From positions 32,001 through 96,000 of IMG/VR virus record IMGVR_UViG_3300028591_000074: a stretch of 64,000 bases of DNA; one strand, 5' to 3'. Below are positions 10,215-20,299 of the stretch, in pieces. Every line of letters starts with the position of its first letter. Position 1 is the stretch's first letter. The notes under the pieces are model-generated. The model did no database searches, was not told the DNA's origin, and saw only the letters and a list, made by a program, of their open reading frames with translations. The DNA comes from a virus. Taxonomy: Duplodnaviria > Caudoviricetes. A program made the position numbers and the translations under genes.

Positions 10215-10805
10215 CTATTTATCATATTCTGGTAAATCTTCTGGAACTACCATACCAACAGGGTTTGAAAGTTCAGAACTTCTACGTGCATCCCAAATCT
10301 TCTTCGCACCCATAATAAGTTCTTTGGAAAATGTCTGCTCATTTTCTACACGGGCAATTATAGAACTATAGGCAGCATGTAAAACCTCATATTCAACCAT
10401 CTTTTCTGCCACTACATGAGACACATGCTCATTTGTTTGTGTCTTGTTCAAACCATGAGCCGTAGCATCCGCTATAGCGTCATTGCGGATTTTCTCTAAA
10501 GTCTGCTTGTTCTTCAGTTTAACAACCTCACAGTTCAGACGAAGTTTATTCAACTTCTCTGCAACTGTAAACAATTCCATTGGGAATGTTGTTAAGATGT
10601 ATTCAAGTTCAGCATCTGTAATTGGATGTACTTTTGACTTCATCCGTTTATACAGTTCCCGAATTTCTGCAAAATTTTCTTCAAAAAACTGTGAATACAT
10701 ATCATCGCAAAATTCCTGAATAGCATCTAAATCGGTGGAATATTCTTCTATAACTTTGATAATGCTTTTCATTGTGTCTCCTTCTTCTTCGGTACAGGTA
10801 CGCAC
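10215..10805 (-). CDS. Coiled-coil hypothetical protein (possible recombination mediator)
   Basis: Helical protein between dnaX-like and recA; the function is a positional guess. Confidence 0.5.
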   Translation of the reverse strand: MRTCTEEEGDTMKSIIKVIEEYSTDLDAIQEFCDDMYSQFFEENFAEIRELYKRMKSKVHPITDAELEYILTTFPMELFTVAEKLNKLRLNCEVVKLKNKQTLEKIRNDAIADATAHGLNKTQTNEHVSHVVAEKMVEYEVLHAAYSSIIARVENEQTFSKELIMGAKKIWDARRSSELSNPVGMVVPEDLPEYDK

Positions 10806-11809
10806 AAGTATGTAAGTGCAACTTCCTGAAGATAAGATGTACTCTTAAGATCTGCAATCATCTTCAGCAATTTACTTGACAACTTCATACAAATTACAGA
10901 ATGTTTCACCCCATAATTAGACACCTTATCTGCATAATGTGCCGGAATCATAGTTGCAGTAATATCCTGCATAAATATGTACTTAGTTACATTAGTTACA
11001 AAGGAATGAAATCCTTCAAACCATTTTACGAAATTCACACCGGAATTATAAACTTTATTGATAAGTGTTGTAATAGATTCATTATCATGCTTTGCATAGG
11101 ATGCTAATAATGAAAAATAATCATCATATGCTGGAAGATTAAGGGCAACCATCAGATTTTCAGATGTAATATTTTCACTATAAGCCAATGCTTTATCAAG
11201 CAAAGTACAGGCATCACGAAGTCCACCATTTGCACTTTTTGCCAAAAATGAAATAGCATCTTCTGTATAGGTAATATTTCTACCTTCTTTGTTCTCACAA
11301 TCAATGATATACTTCAGACGTGAAATAATATTATCTACACTAATCTTAGACAACTGAAATACTTGAACTCTGGAAAGTATCGTAGCTGGAATCTTCTCAG
11401 GATTTGTAGTTGCCATAACAAATATGGTTTTAGCTGGATTTGCTTCCAATGTTGTCAGCAAGGCACTCCAGGCAGCCGAGGAAAACGCATGAACCTCATC
11501 GAGTAGCATGATTTTATAATTCGTACCAACTGGATAGGTATATGCCTGTTCAACAAGTTTACGAACATCTTCAGCACTACCATGAGATGCGGCATCCATA
11601 AAAGTGTACCCGCCCTTATTTTCATTTAAAGTGTTAGCAATGATATATGATAATGTGCTTTTTCCGCATCCAGCTGGACCAATCAAAAGAAAGTTCCGTA
11701 CATCCATATTCGGATTTTCACAAAACTTTCGTAGCATATCAACTATGATATCCTGTCCTTGCACATCATCAAAAACTTTCGGTCTGTATTTTTGTGCTAA
11801 ATTTGACAA
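10769..11809 (-). CDS. dnaX: DNA polymerase III gamma/tau-like clamp loader ATPase
   Basis: LAQKYRP, GPAGCGKST, LLDEVH, ATTNPEKIPATILSR, GGLRDA. Confidence 0.92.
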   Translation of the reverse strand: MSNLAQKYRPKVFDDVQGQDIIVDMLRKFCENPNMDVRNFLLIGPAGCGKSTLSYIIANTLNENKGGYTFMDAASHGSAEDVRKLVEQAYTYPVGTNYKIMLLDEVHAFSSAAWSALLTTLEANPAKTIFVMATTNPEKIPATILSRVQVFQLSKISVDNIISRLKYIIDCENKEGRNITYTEDAISFLAKSANGGLRDACTLLDKALAYSENITSENLMVALNLPAYDDYFSLLASYAKHDNESITTLINKVYNSGVNFVKWFEGFHSFVTNVTKYIFMQDITATMIPAHYADKVSNYGVKHSVICMKLSSKLLKMIADLKSTSYLQEVALTYLCVPVPKKKETQ

Positions 11810-11868
11810 TTTTAATACACCTCACTAAATCATTCCTACATATTATAACGATTTTCAACTACAAAATC

Positions 11869-12645
11869 TTAGTATTCCTTACACACATTAAAATACGGAC
11901 ACCTTGAAGGATTACACCAAGCATCACCCTTTGGAAGTGGATCTGGTGCCAAATTCTTCTTTACTAAGTCAAGTACGCGTTCAAATCTTTCTTTAACTTC
12001 CATCATATCTGGATAGGATATGGTTATTTCAAAACATTTAAGTCCACCATACTGCCTATCTTGATATAAAAATAAAACATTTGGTAGTTGTAAAAGTGTA
12101 GAATAGCATTTTACTTGATCTATATGATGTGGTTTTGGATCAGTCAAATTGTCCCAAGATGAATATTCAGAAGTTTTAATTTCCAAAAGATATTTCTTTC
12201 CATTCCGCTGAACAATTCCATCACAGGCAAATTTGATTGGTGGTTCTTCTATTTGAACCAGAGATTCGAAACCAGATTCATCCTCTTCCAATGTGTATTT
12301 ATATGGGAAATTGATGGATTCGATATGTTGTCTAACCGGAATCCAATCTGAACCAAGCATGTTCTTCAGATTACTTTGGATAATTCTATGACATGCAGTA
12401 CCAATATCTGCGGTAAAATTTAGAGATGGATCAACAACCTGTATTTCCTGTTTTGACCCCCTTATGCGGAACCAGCTCCATCTATCACAACGGAAAGATG
12501 AAGCTGCGAATGTCCGACTGGAAGGTTTCTCAGCCTCAGACTTAATCTTTTGTTCCACATAAGAATCATAGTCATCTAGGAAATCAGAACTTGTTGATGA
12601 ATTAAATTTCGTAAGATGTGATGCATCCCAAGTTCTAAAAGCCAT
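11869..12645 (-). CDS. Solo Cas4-like / RecB-family exonuclease
   Basis: GTACH, DGIV...LEIKT, QxxxY, and a 1+3 Cys arrangement (C...WCNPSRCPYFNVC). Confidence 0.8.
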   Translation of the reverse strand: MAFRTWDASHLTKFNSSTSSDFLDDYDSYVEQKIKSEAEKPSSRTFAASSFRCDRWSWFRIRGSKQEIQVVDPSLNFTADIGTACHRIIQSNLKNMLGSDWIPVRQHIESINFPYKYTLEEDESGFESLVQIEEPPIKFACDGIVQRNGKKYLLEIKTSEYSSWDNLTDPKPHHIDQVKCYSTLLQLPNVLFLYQDRQYGGLKCFEITISYPDMMEVKERFERVLDLVKKNLAPDPLPKGDAWCNPSRCPYFNVCKEY

Positions 12646-12649
12646 AATA

Positions 12650-13777
12650 CTATGCCATTACTCCTGCGCAAATTGTAGTAAGATCTTCATTCCAAATCAT
12701 GATGCCAACAATAGTACTTGTCGGATCTTTAGCATCATAGTACATAGGTCCAACTTCAATCCATCTATCCCCATAATTGGAAATGACCTGCTTAAGCGTA
12801 TCAAGACGGAAGTTTACTGCATATTCTAAAGATTCATCCCCGTCAACTTCTACCTGACCATTTACATTTTCATTATCCAAATACATAGCACCATCTTTTA
12901 CAGATAATTTGATAATAGATGAAGATGCAGAAAGAAGCGATGCCTGATTTAAAAGTTTTGTGATAAGTCCGGTAAATACCTTATTTGACTTCTCCGGATG
13001 ATTCAGTCTCTTAAAGATAATGTCAGATTTATAACTTCCAACTTCTTCATCAGATTCATATTGAGGTGTAAACTGGGTTACATAGTCATAAGCATCCTTA
13101 GAAAACTTTATAATATAGTCTGTTCCAAGTTTTGTCATCTGAGCAGATTCAGGAAGTGAATTAAACAGATTGATGATTGTATTGGAAAGCAAGCAAGTTG
13201 TACCAAGTGTACCCTTCTTAGAGTATGTAAACAGTGATGCATCAAAATCACCGACAAGAACATCACCATCCTCACTGATCCATGCCTTTGTATATACAGG
13301 CTTTACATAAGATTGAGATGCAGCAAACATCTGATTATCCTTAATAAATTTCCATGCTTCCTTATTTACTTCTACAAACTCCGCATCCTGTGCAGGTGTT
13401 GCAGGTGCTTTCAGTGAAAAATCATCAATACTTACAGCATCCCCAATACTGTTCCCAAGTGAAAACTTGGATCTACCGGACTGAAGTTTAATGCCATTTG
13501 CATCAAATTCAATAGAAACATTTGACTCAAAGGTATGAATAAGTTTCTTAAAAAGTGCAGCATCTACAAATGCTTTTGCAAATTCACCACCTTCTCCAAC
13601 ACCTTTAACGCGAATCTCTGTACAAATCATAGAAGATTCCACATTTACAGTAAGGGTATCCGTTGTAGCGGTAATCTGCGCAATACAACTTTTCTTATAG
13701 TAATTAGAAATGTTGGAATCAATGATTCCGAGATTCAAGGCTTCAGCCAATGGCTTTGTGTTTGTTGTAAACTTCAT
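12650..13777 (-). CDS. dnaN: Sliding clamp (DNA polymerase III beta-like)
   Basis: 375 aa, MKFT...L..AL start, IKLQSGRSKFSL; sits between the polymerase and clamp-loader genes. Confidence 0.7.
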   Translation of the reverse strand: MKFTTNTKPLAEALNLGIIDSNISNYYKKSCIAQITATTDTLTVNVESSMICTEIRVKGVGEGGEFAKAFVDAALFKKLIHTFESNVSIEFDANGIKLQSGRSKFSLGNSIGDAVSIDDFSLKAPATPAQDAEFVEVNKEAWKFIKDNQMFAASQSYVKPVYTKAWISEDGDVLVGDFDASLFTYSKKGTLGTTCLLSNTIINLFNSLPESAQMTKLGTDYIIKFSKDAYDYVTQFTPQYESDEEVGSYKSDIIFKRLNHPEKSNKVFTGLITKLLNQASLLSASSSIIKLSVKDGAMYLDNENVNGQVEVDGDESLEYAVNFRLDTLKQVISNYGDRWIEVGPMYYDAKDPTSTIVGIMIWNEDLTTICAGVMA

Positions 13778-13790
13778 ATTCTCTTCTCCT

Positions 13791-16700
13791 TTACTTTATA
13801 TAATTCACTACATAATTTTCTACTTTTTCAATAAAATCTTCATCGGATGTAGCATTAAGCTCCTGCTTACATTCCGCAATACATTGTAAGTATTCATCAC
13901 TAACAACACCATTTACACCTACAGATGCATCACCCTTTGGCTTTTCACCGTTTTCATCCTTGTAAACAGGAAGTACATATTCACATTCACAAAGATGATA
14001 TTGCACCCACTTAACTTCATCTTCTGTCAGATTTGTAAGTGATTTTGGCTTTGGATACTGACACGGGTATTCAAGACCTTTCCACCGGATAGATGTTGTA
14101 ACATCACACTTAGATGGGAATGGAAGAAAATCTGCGGCTTCACACATCATACTACTCAGTAATTCACCACCGCGCTTCACATGTTCCAATGGCACTTCTG
14201 CAATAATTTCATCATGTACTGGTACAAGCATCCTTCCACCTATGGCTTTCCACTCTTCGTTAGATTCAAGTTTCAACATTGCTAACTTCGACTGATCGGC
14301 AGCAGACCCCTGAACCACAGCATTAAGACATTGCCGTGTAGCCCTTGCAATCTTTGAACGATTATTCACAACCTGAATATGATATCTATCGTGTAATTCA
14401 CGCATCCTTTTATATACTTTGCCCCTACTTTTGAAACTACGAAATTCCTGTTGTAATGCTTGCTTAATCCTATCAGGAATCGCATCTTTGTTTTTCAAAG
14501 TAGATGGATCAAGTGGATCTACATCTGGATTTACATATCCATCCAATGGTACAAAATCATATTCCGGTAACTGCATATCTGGAAGATGTCTCCGTCTACC
14601 AAGTATAGTTTCTGTGTAACCATACTGTCTTGCTTTTTTCTGAGTAGCAATCATTATAGCACGTATGTTTGGAAATGCGTTAAGTACTGCATCATAAATC
14701 TTTTGTGCAGACTCAACCTTTTCATCTTCCGACATATCTTTATTCTTACCAAATAACTGCTCTGCTATAGACGGAACAGATCTTCCATAAGTTATTCCGA
14801 GCAAAATTTTCTTTGCTTCGTTTCGTCTTGCATATCCGTCTGCTTGATATTCACCTGTTTCTGGATGATGCTCAAGACATCGTTCATATGGTAGATTAAA
14901 TGATAAACTTGCTATACTTGCATAAACATCACGATTTTCTTGAAATGCCTTAATCATAGACTTTTCGTTTGCAACAAAAGCAGTAATCCGTGGTTCTTGG
15001 GCGCTGTAATCCGAAGAAATTATGGCATATCCTGGAGTTGCCCGAAAAATATGTCGTATATCCTCTGCATGGCTGGGAATATTTTGGAGATTTGGATTTC
15101 TTGAACTAAATCTTCCAGTGTTATGCGATATAATGCCATTGCTAATAAACGAATGTGTTTTTGGGACATGAAGATCATATACAGTGTTAGATGAATATGT
15201 AATGGATTTCACCTTTACTCGGAACGAATTGCCTATGCGTCTAGATTCGTATTGGTTCTTACAACTACATTTAGTATCTATATACTTTTTAGATTCAACA
15301 AATCCAATAACATCTCTAAACCTAATGTAATTATCTGCGTTGAACTTCATACGTGGAGATTTCCCATATTTATTATGATTCCAAAGTTTGCTGCAAATAA
15401 TCCCCTGAGATGCGAGGTGCATCTGAACAAATCTAGCATCTTCCTCATTGCAAATACTCAATTCAAATAATGCTCTACCAGCAGAATCCCTACATACTGT
15501 AGAATCTAAAGTCATACCACGAATATAACTATTAATTACACTCACTGGTGACTTAAATATAGACTCAGGGATCTTCTTATTCTGCTTACTATGTGATAAT
15601 ATCCTATCTAAATCTGCAATTCGAATACAATTTACACTAGATTCACCACCATAATGTTCTCTCGAATCATCATAATATGCAGACTTCAAGTTAAATAATT
15701 TAACACATAACCTATCAAATTCAGAAATAACTTCTGGATCATCGTTCGACATAATTAATCGAAATGTACCACATCGATTTTTAGTAGAGCCATCGGCATG
15801 ATACATGCCGAGTAAAAGTGCAAAATCTTCATCATAAAATTCTGGTAGTCTACAATCATTGTCTGTACGTCCACCGTATTTATATGGTGCAACTACTAAA
15901 CCTGTTTTCTGATATTCAGGTGTAATTTGCGATGAATAATTGCACGGCAATTCTACGTAATCACCAACTTTTATTTCTTCAAGTTTCTTAAAATGCCGTT
16001 CTTCCCAAAATCCAGATAATTCGTCACTACCTAATAGTACCCTGTCAGATGAAGTATATTTACTAACCATAATTGGATGGTTGTATGTACCTTCAAGTTC
16101 AAATCCAAATTCCGTAGTAATCTTAATAGTAGGGTAATCCGTATATTTAATTACGGATGCAACAGATTCCGGAATTTGATCTTTGTTAAGTATTACAACA
16201 TCATCAACTTCAACATGCTCAGACTCTATACAATTGTGGGAGTTACAAATATCACCTATACGGAAATAACCACTAGGTGTTGGTAGTATGGAACCACCAA
16301 CAATACAATCGGCCCCAATGCTTTTAAACTCTGCATGAATCCGACTATCTGGTGTAGTAGATTTAGGCAACTTATCTACAAATGTACTAATAAGTGTATC
16401 AAGACTTCGTACCTTAAGTATCTGATTTGTAACAGGTAGATTTAATTCACCAAGAACTTCTTTTCCTGTACTATCTGTACCATCGGGTTTGTCTAAAGCC
16501 ATTACAACATATAAAAGATATTTTACATGTGTATTTGAGTTAGGATTAAACTCTTTACCTGTAGTGAATGCTTTCTTCCCAAATGTTGGAATAGTTGTAG
16601 ATTTTTCAAGTTCCTTATCTACAATGTCTGCAAGTTTTTCAAGTTCATTATTATATCTATTTTTGTAGCGAATCATAAGTTTTCTTGCAACATCCTTATC

Positions 16701-17558
16701 TACGAACATTCCGGTTCTATGAAGATGTTGACAAACTTTTATAAGTGGCATTTCCACCTGCCAAATCAGATCTGCAAGTTTGCTAAGATTTGCTTTTTCA
16801 CATTTCGGATGACCTTTGGTAGCATATGGCAACTGCCACTTGAATAATTCATAAGTTATCTTTGCATCATTTGCAGCATAAAGTTTTGCAACTTCCGGCT
16901 TACTGTAAGGGAACAGCTGTGGAGTAAAGAAATCACTAAACTTCTTTGGATCCCCTTTACCATGTAAAACGTACTTATTGTAAAGAACCTTCAATGCGTT
17001 ATCTTTTTCGTTCTCCTTTAAGCATCTCCATGCCAAGATTACATCATAATAGCAGACATCACATAAATCTACATGCATATCTTTGTAAATCATAGATAAG
17101 TCGAAGTCTGCATTTGCAAAAATCAACTTAATATTTGAATCTGCTAATCGTTGAAATTCTTCACCAACATCCTCGTAGGATAATTGGTTTTTATATGGTT
17201 CATCAAATATTGGAACCAAATGGCGAATAGGAATATAACACTCAACACCACCGGGGTAGTATAAAGATGCACCTACAATTGTATCCTTTATACGATCAAG
17301 TCCGGTGGTCTCGGTGTCTATTCCAGCATAACCAGATTCTATTGCTTTCGTGACGTAATCATGGAGTTCTTCCTTAGATTGAATCAAAATTGCTTTTGAA
17401 TCTTTGAAGTATTCAATTACTTTTGCAGACATCTCAGCAAGTTGATCTGTAATACTGGATGCCTTACCGGATTGTTTCTTTGTGGAAGTTACAAGTTCTT
17501 TGCTTTTTGCTGCGATTCTGTTCACATCGGCTATTTGATCTTCTGTCCAGAATCCCAT
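13791..17558 (-). CDS. polA: Family A DNA polymerase with 3'-5' exonuclease, containing an intein
   Basis: DTETTG (ExoI), TGRFSSRNPNLQNIP, DYSAQEPR (motif A), RNEAKKILLGITYG (motif B), VHDEI (motif C). Confidence 0.95.
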   Translation of the reverse strand: MGFWTEDQIADVNRIAAKSKELVTSTKKQSGKASSITDQLAEMSAKVIEYFKDSKAILIQSKEELHDYVTKAIESGYAGIDTETTGLDRIKDTIVGASLYYPGGVECYIPIRHLVPIFDEPYKNQLSYEDVGEEFQRLADSNIKLIFANADFDLSMIYKDMHVDLCDVCYYDVILAWRCLKENEKDNALKVLYNKYVLHGKGDPKKFSDFFTPQLFPYSKPEVAKLYAANDAKITYELFKWQLPYATKGHPKCEKANLSKLADLIWQVEMPLIKVCQHLHRTGMFVDKDVARKLMIRYKNRYNNELEKLADIVDKELEKSTTIPTFGKKAFTTGKEFNPNSNTHVKYLLYVVMALDKPDGTDSTGKEVLGELNLPVTNQILKVRSLDTLISTFVDKLPKSTTPDSRIHAEFKSIGADCIVGGSILPTPSGYFRIGDICNSHNCIESEHVEVDDVVILNKDQIPESVASVIKYTDYPTIKITTEFGFELEGTYNHPIMVSKYTSSDRVLLGSDELSGFWEERHFKKLEEIKVGDYVELPCNYSSQITPEYQKTGLVVAPYKYGGRTDNDCRLPEFYDEDFALLLGMYHADGSTKNRCGTFRLIMSNDDPEVISEFDRLCVKLFNLKSAYYDDSREHYGGESSVNCIRIADLDRILSHSKQNKKIPESIFKSPVSVINSYIRGMTLDSTVCRDSAGRALFELSICNEEDARFVQMHLASQGIICSKLWNHNKYGKSPRMKFNADNYIRFRDVIGFVESKKYIDTKCSCKNQYESRRIGNSFRVKVKSITYSSNTVYDLHVPKTHSFISNGIISHNTGRFSSRNPNLQNIPSHAEDIRHIFRATPGYAIISSDYSAQEPRITAFVANEKSMIKAFQENRDVYASIASLSFNLPYERCLEHHPETGEYQADGYARRNEAKKILLGITYGRSVPSIAEQLFGKNKDMSEDEKVESAQKIYDAVLNAFPNIRAIMIATQKKARQYGYTETILGRRRHLPDMQLPEYDFVPLDGYVNPDVDPLDPSTLKNKDAIPDRIKQALQQEFRSFKSRGKVYKRMRELHDRYHIQVVNNRSKIARATRQCLNAVVQGSAADQSKLAMLKLESNEEWKAIGGRMLVPVHDEIIAEVPLEHVKRGGELLSSMMCEAADFLPFPSKCDVTTSIRWKGLEYPCQYPKPKSLTNLTEDEVKWVQYHLCECEYVLPVYKDENGEKPKGDASVGVNGVVSDEYLQCIAECKQELNATSDEDFIEKVENYVVNYIK
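15120..16307 (-). mobile_element. Intein (396 aa) with LAGLIDADG homing endonuclease in polA
   Basis: Junctions GAD|CIVGGSILP and IISHN|TGRF; block B GTYNHPI; LLGMYHADGS LAGLIDADG-like motif; block F VYDLHV. Confidence 0.93.
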
Positions 17559-17582
17559 ACATATAGCTCCTTCACACAAAAA

Positions 17583-17610
17583 TTAGGGTAGATGATTTAC
17601 ACCTACCCTA
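17583..17610. terminator. Hairpin terminator downstream of ssb
   Basis: TTAGGGTAG...CTACCCTAA inverted repeat with a T-run on the minus strand. Confidence 0.6.
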
Positions 17611-17616
17611 ACTGTT

Positions 17617-18312
17617 TTAAAAATCTACATCATCAATGTCACTATCCGATGGATCTTCACCAATGTCATCCAAAGATGCATCGACAGATACAGGATCATA
17701 GACTGGTGTAGATGCACCACCCGTTGTACGTGGTGTAACTGAATAGTCCGGAAGATCATCTTCAATAGAACTGCTTGTAGAATTTACAAACAGTGCCTGA
17801 AGTTCTTCCGAGGACATATCCTTGCAGATATTCTCATAGGAATCTGGCATCTTGATATTGAACTTCTCAAGAATTTCCTGATATGTCATAGGTGACTTAC
17901 TGTAAAGTTTAATATTATAAGTTGTGTTAATATCACCAGCAATACCTTCACGTGTTATACGGAATACGTAGTTGCTCGGATTGTCACACTTCTTAAATAC
18001 ATCACGATTCAGCTGCTTTTCAAAAGCTACACCTCTATCCCAAAACAGGAATTCATCTGTAGTCAGATTGTAAAGCGGAATAAACAGTTTATTCTGAACT
18101 TTAATCTTCCTACCGCATACCGGACAATTTCTCCCGATACACTGAACATATCCACTGTAGTCAGCAGACTTTACATAGTGGACATCTGCCAAGAGAACAT
18201 CATTGTAACTCTGGTACAGGAAAACTACATCTGCGAAATCGCCATTATCGGGCAGAATAAATTTTCCTTTGTACTTTTCTTCGTTGTACTGTGCTGCATT
18301 TTTAAATGCCAT
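17617..18312 (-). CDS. Single-stranded DNA-binding protein (gp32-like)
   Basis: H...C...CPVC zinc site, acidic C-terminus ending DDVDF, located in the replication block. Confidence 0.75.
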   Translation of the reverse strand: MAFKNAAQYNEEKYKGKFILPDNGDFADVVFLYQSYNDVLLADVHYVKSADYSGYVQCIGRNCPVCGRKIKVQNKLFIPLYNLTTDEFLFWDRGVAFEKQLNRDVFKKCDNPSNYVFRITREGIAGDINTTYNIKLYSKSPMTYQEILEKFNIKMPDSYENICKDMSSEELQALFVNSTSSSIEDDLPDYSVTPRTTGGASTPVYDPVSVDASLDDIGEDPSDSDIDDVDF

Positions 18313-18422
18313 GTCAAACCCCTCCTTTTGGATTTTCGATGTTATACATATATAATAACGATACACCGATTCAAAATCTCAAATCGATGCACCGTTAATA
18401 CCATATTGAAGATGCTATAACT

Positions 18423-19112
18423 TTATGCATACATAGCAACCTGTTCCGGTTCAAGCAGAGCCATAAGATCATCCTTCAAATCTTCAATAATCTCCATTCT
18501 CTTAGAATCACTGATTCGGTTGGATTCCCACTTTTTAAACTTTTTAATCATGTCCGGAGCATCCTGCTTATAAGTTGTCCAATCCATCTTGTCGCCAAGA
18601 AGTTCTGCAACAACTACAATAGTTTCTCTGCCCTTAGACTCAATCAAATCCCAAAATGCCTGACGATTTGCATCAACATCATAAGATTCATCTATGGATG
18701 AACCGATCATAGTATCAAAGATATCATGTTCATCATCAAACCCAGGAACTTCACTAATGTTACATTCGTTATCATTTCTTGACTTAAGACTTCCGGCACG
18801 AACCAAGCACTTAAGACAGTTTGAACATACAGTAAAAATATAGGACTTCTCAAATCTCTTCGGATTATTTTTTATGATCTCAACATTCTTACTAAGATAC
18901 TGAATAACAGTTTCTACTGCATCTGTATCAGATACATAACTTGCGTTATTCTTATACCATGCAAGTGTAATCTGCTCATAGAACTGAACAAAAAGAACCG
19001 CTGCCTTAAGATCATCAGATGTATTCATCCATTCGTCAAAAGACATCGGTTTCTTATAATTAACATACTCTGCGAAAAGTTTACGTGTAGCGACAAATTC
19101 GGTAGTAGTCAT
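18423..19112 (-). CDS. Sigma-factor-like protein (putative)
   Basis: DAVETVIQYL...FEKSYIFTVCSN resembles sigma region 2; has its own TTGACT-17-TATAAT promoter. Confidence 0.4.
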   Translation of the reverse strand: MTTTEFVATRKLFAEYVNYKKPMSFDEWMNTSDDLKAAVLFVQFYEQITLAWYKNNASYVSDTDAVETVIQYLSKNVEIIKNNPKRFEKSYIFTVCSNCLKCLVRAGSLKSRNDNECNISEVPGFDDEHDIFDTMIGSSIDESYDVDANRQAFWDLIESKGRETIVVVAELLGDKMDWTTYKQDAPDMIKKFKKWESNRISDSKRMEIIEDLKDDLMALLEPEQVAMYA

Positions 19113-19183
19113 AACTGTAATCCTCCGTTCATTCGAAATCTTGATATCTGTTGATTAGGTTTAAATTGTTGTTACTACGGTTC

Positions 19184-19213
19184 TATTATAGATAATACTA
19201 CATAAAAAGTCAA
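19184..19213 (-). promoter_or_regulatory. Sigma-A-type promoter
   Basis: Minus strand TTGACT-N17-TATAAT. Confidence 0.65.
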
Positions 19214-19295
19214 CTACTATTTTGGAAACATTAACTAAAAAATTATCATTATTATCTTGATGAAAATGAAGAATAACCTTCATAATCATCTATAT

Positions 19296-20285
19296 TTAAT
19301 CTCTGCTTTCGTATAACTGATCAAATTCATCTTTTGTGCAATCATTCAAATCTTTTCCATCTGGCATACGAATAGCCCAAACCATTGCTACAGACTTCAA
19401 TGCTTTCTTCAACTTCTCTGTAGCCTTATGCCCAGCTTCATCACCATCCATACATATCACAAAGTTCTGTGCACCAATTTCCTTCAACTGTTGAATCTGG
19501 TATCTGTTACCTGTTCCAAGCAATGCCACCGCATGATATCCATATACAGTTGCTGTTATTGCATTAATTGCACTCTCGCACACAACAACAGTTTTTACAC
19601 CTTTTGGCAACACATCCAATCCAAATACAGGCTTTGTTACACCTTCCGGATAGTTATATAATTTTCCCTTAACGCTTCTGCGACAAAAGAATAAAGTTCT
19701 ACCTTCACGGTCACGCACCGGAATTGTAATGCATGGTACAGGTTTCTTTCTTCCAGGTGGAATCCAATTGGCATCATATCCTATGTCAAACAATTCAATA
19801 ACTTCATCAGTCATCTTTCGCTCATACATATATGGGATTGTAAACCGATAGGATGCGAGTTCTTCTTCGGATATATATGTCTGCACTTTGTTTTCCTGTT
19901 CCTTGATATATTCCAACGCATACTTATTGGAAAGTGCATCCATAGTATCACGTGGTATAAGATATTCAAAGTCTGGATTTTCTTCATAGTCTGAAATATT
20001 CTCACTCAGCCATTCTTTTGCAGTTTTGTGTATTCCATGGGATTTTAGAATTTCATCGATACCACGTTCAAGACTTCTTGATCCACAGACAAAACAATTG
20101 AATGTTCCAGATTTATATGACATACCTCCAAGGGATGTTCCATGGATAGACACACCACAGGATGGTTTCTTCTCCTGTCCATTATTATGAAATGGACAGA
20201 AGATAGAATACCAATCACCCATGATACGGTTGGTTCGGATAAGTTTATGTGATTCTAAAGTTTCTACAACATTTATAATATCCAT
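19296..20285 (-). CDS. dnaG: DNA primase (DnaG-like)
   Basis: CPFH...CFVC zinc finger; TOPRIM motifs VCES...DGDEAG...KDLND. Confidence 0.9.
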   Translation of the reverse strand: MDIINVVETLESHKLIRTNRIMGDWYSIFCPFHNNGQEKKPSCGVSIHGTSLGGMSYKSGTFNCFVCGSRSLERGIDEILKSHGIHKTAKEWLSENISDYEENPDFEYLIPRDTMDALSNKYALEYIKEQENKVQTYISEEELASYRFTIPYMYERKMTDEVIELFDIGYDANWIPPGRKKPVPCITIPVRDREGRTLFFCRRSVKGKLYNYPEGVTKPVFGLDVLPKGVKTVVVCESAINAITATVYGYHAVALLGTGNRYQIQQLKEIGAQNFVICMDGDEAGHKATEKLKKALKSVAMVWAIRMPDGKDLNDCTKDEFDQLYESRD

Positions 20286-20299
20286 AATGTTTTACCTAC

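Noticed and set aside
11869-12645. Cas4-like gene as evidence of a CRISPR-Cas locus
   Set aside because: No cas1/cas2 and no repeat-spacer array anywhere in the window; solo Cas4-like nucleases are common in phage replication modules.
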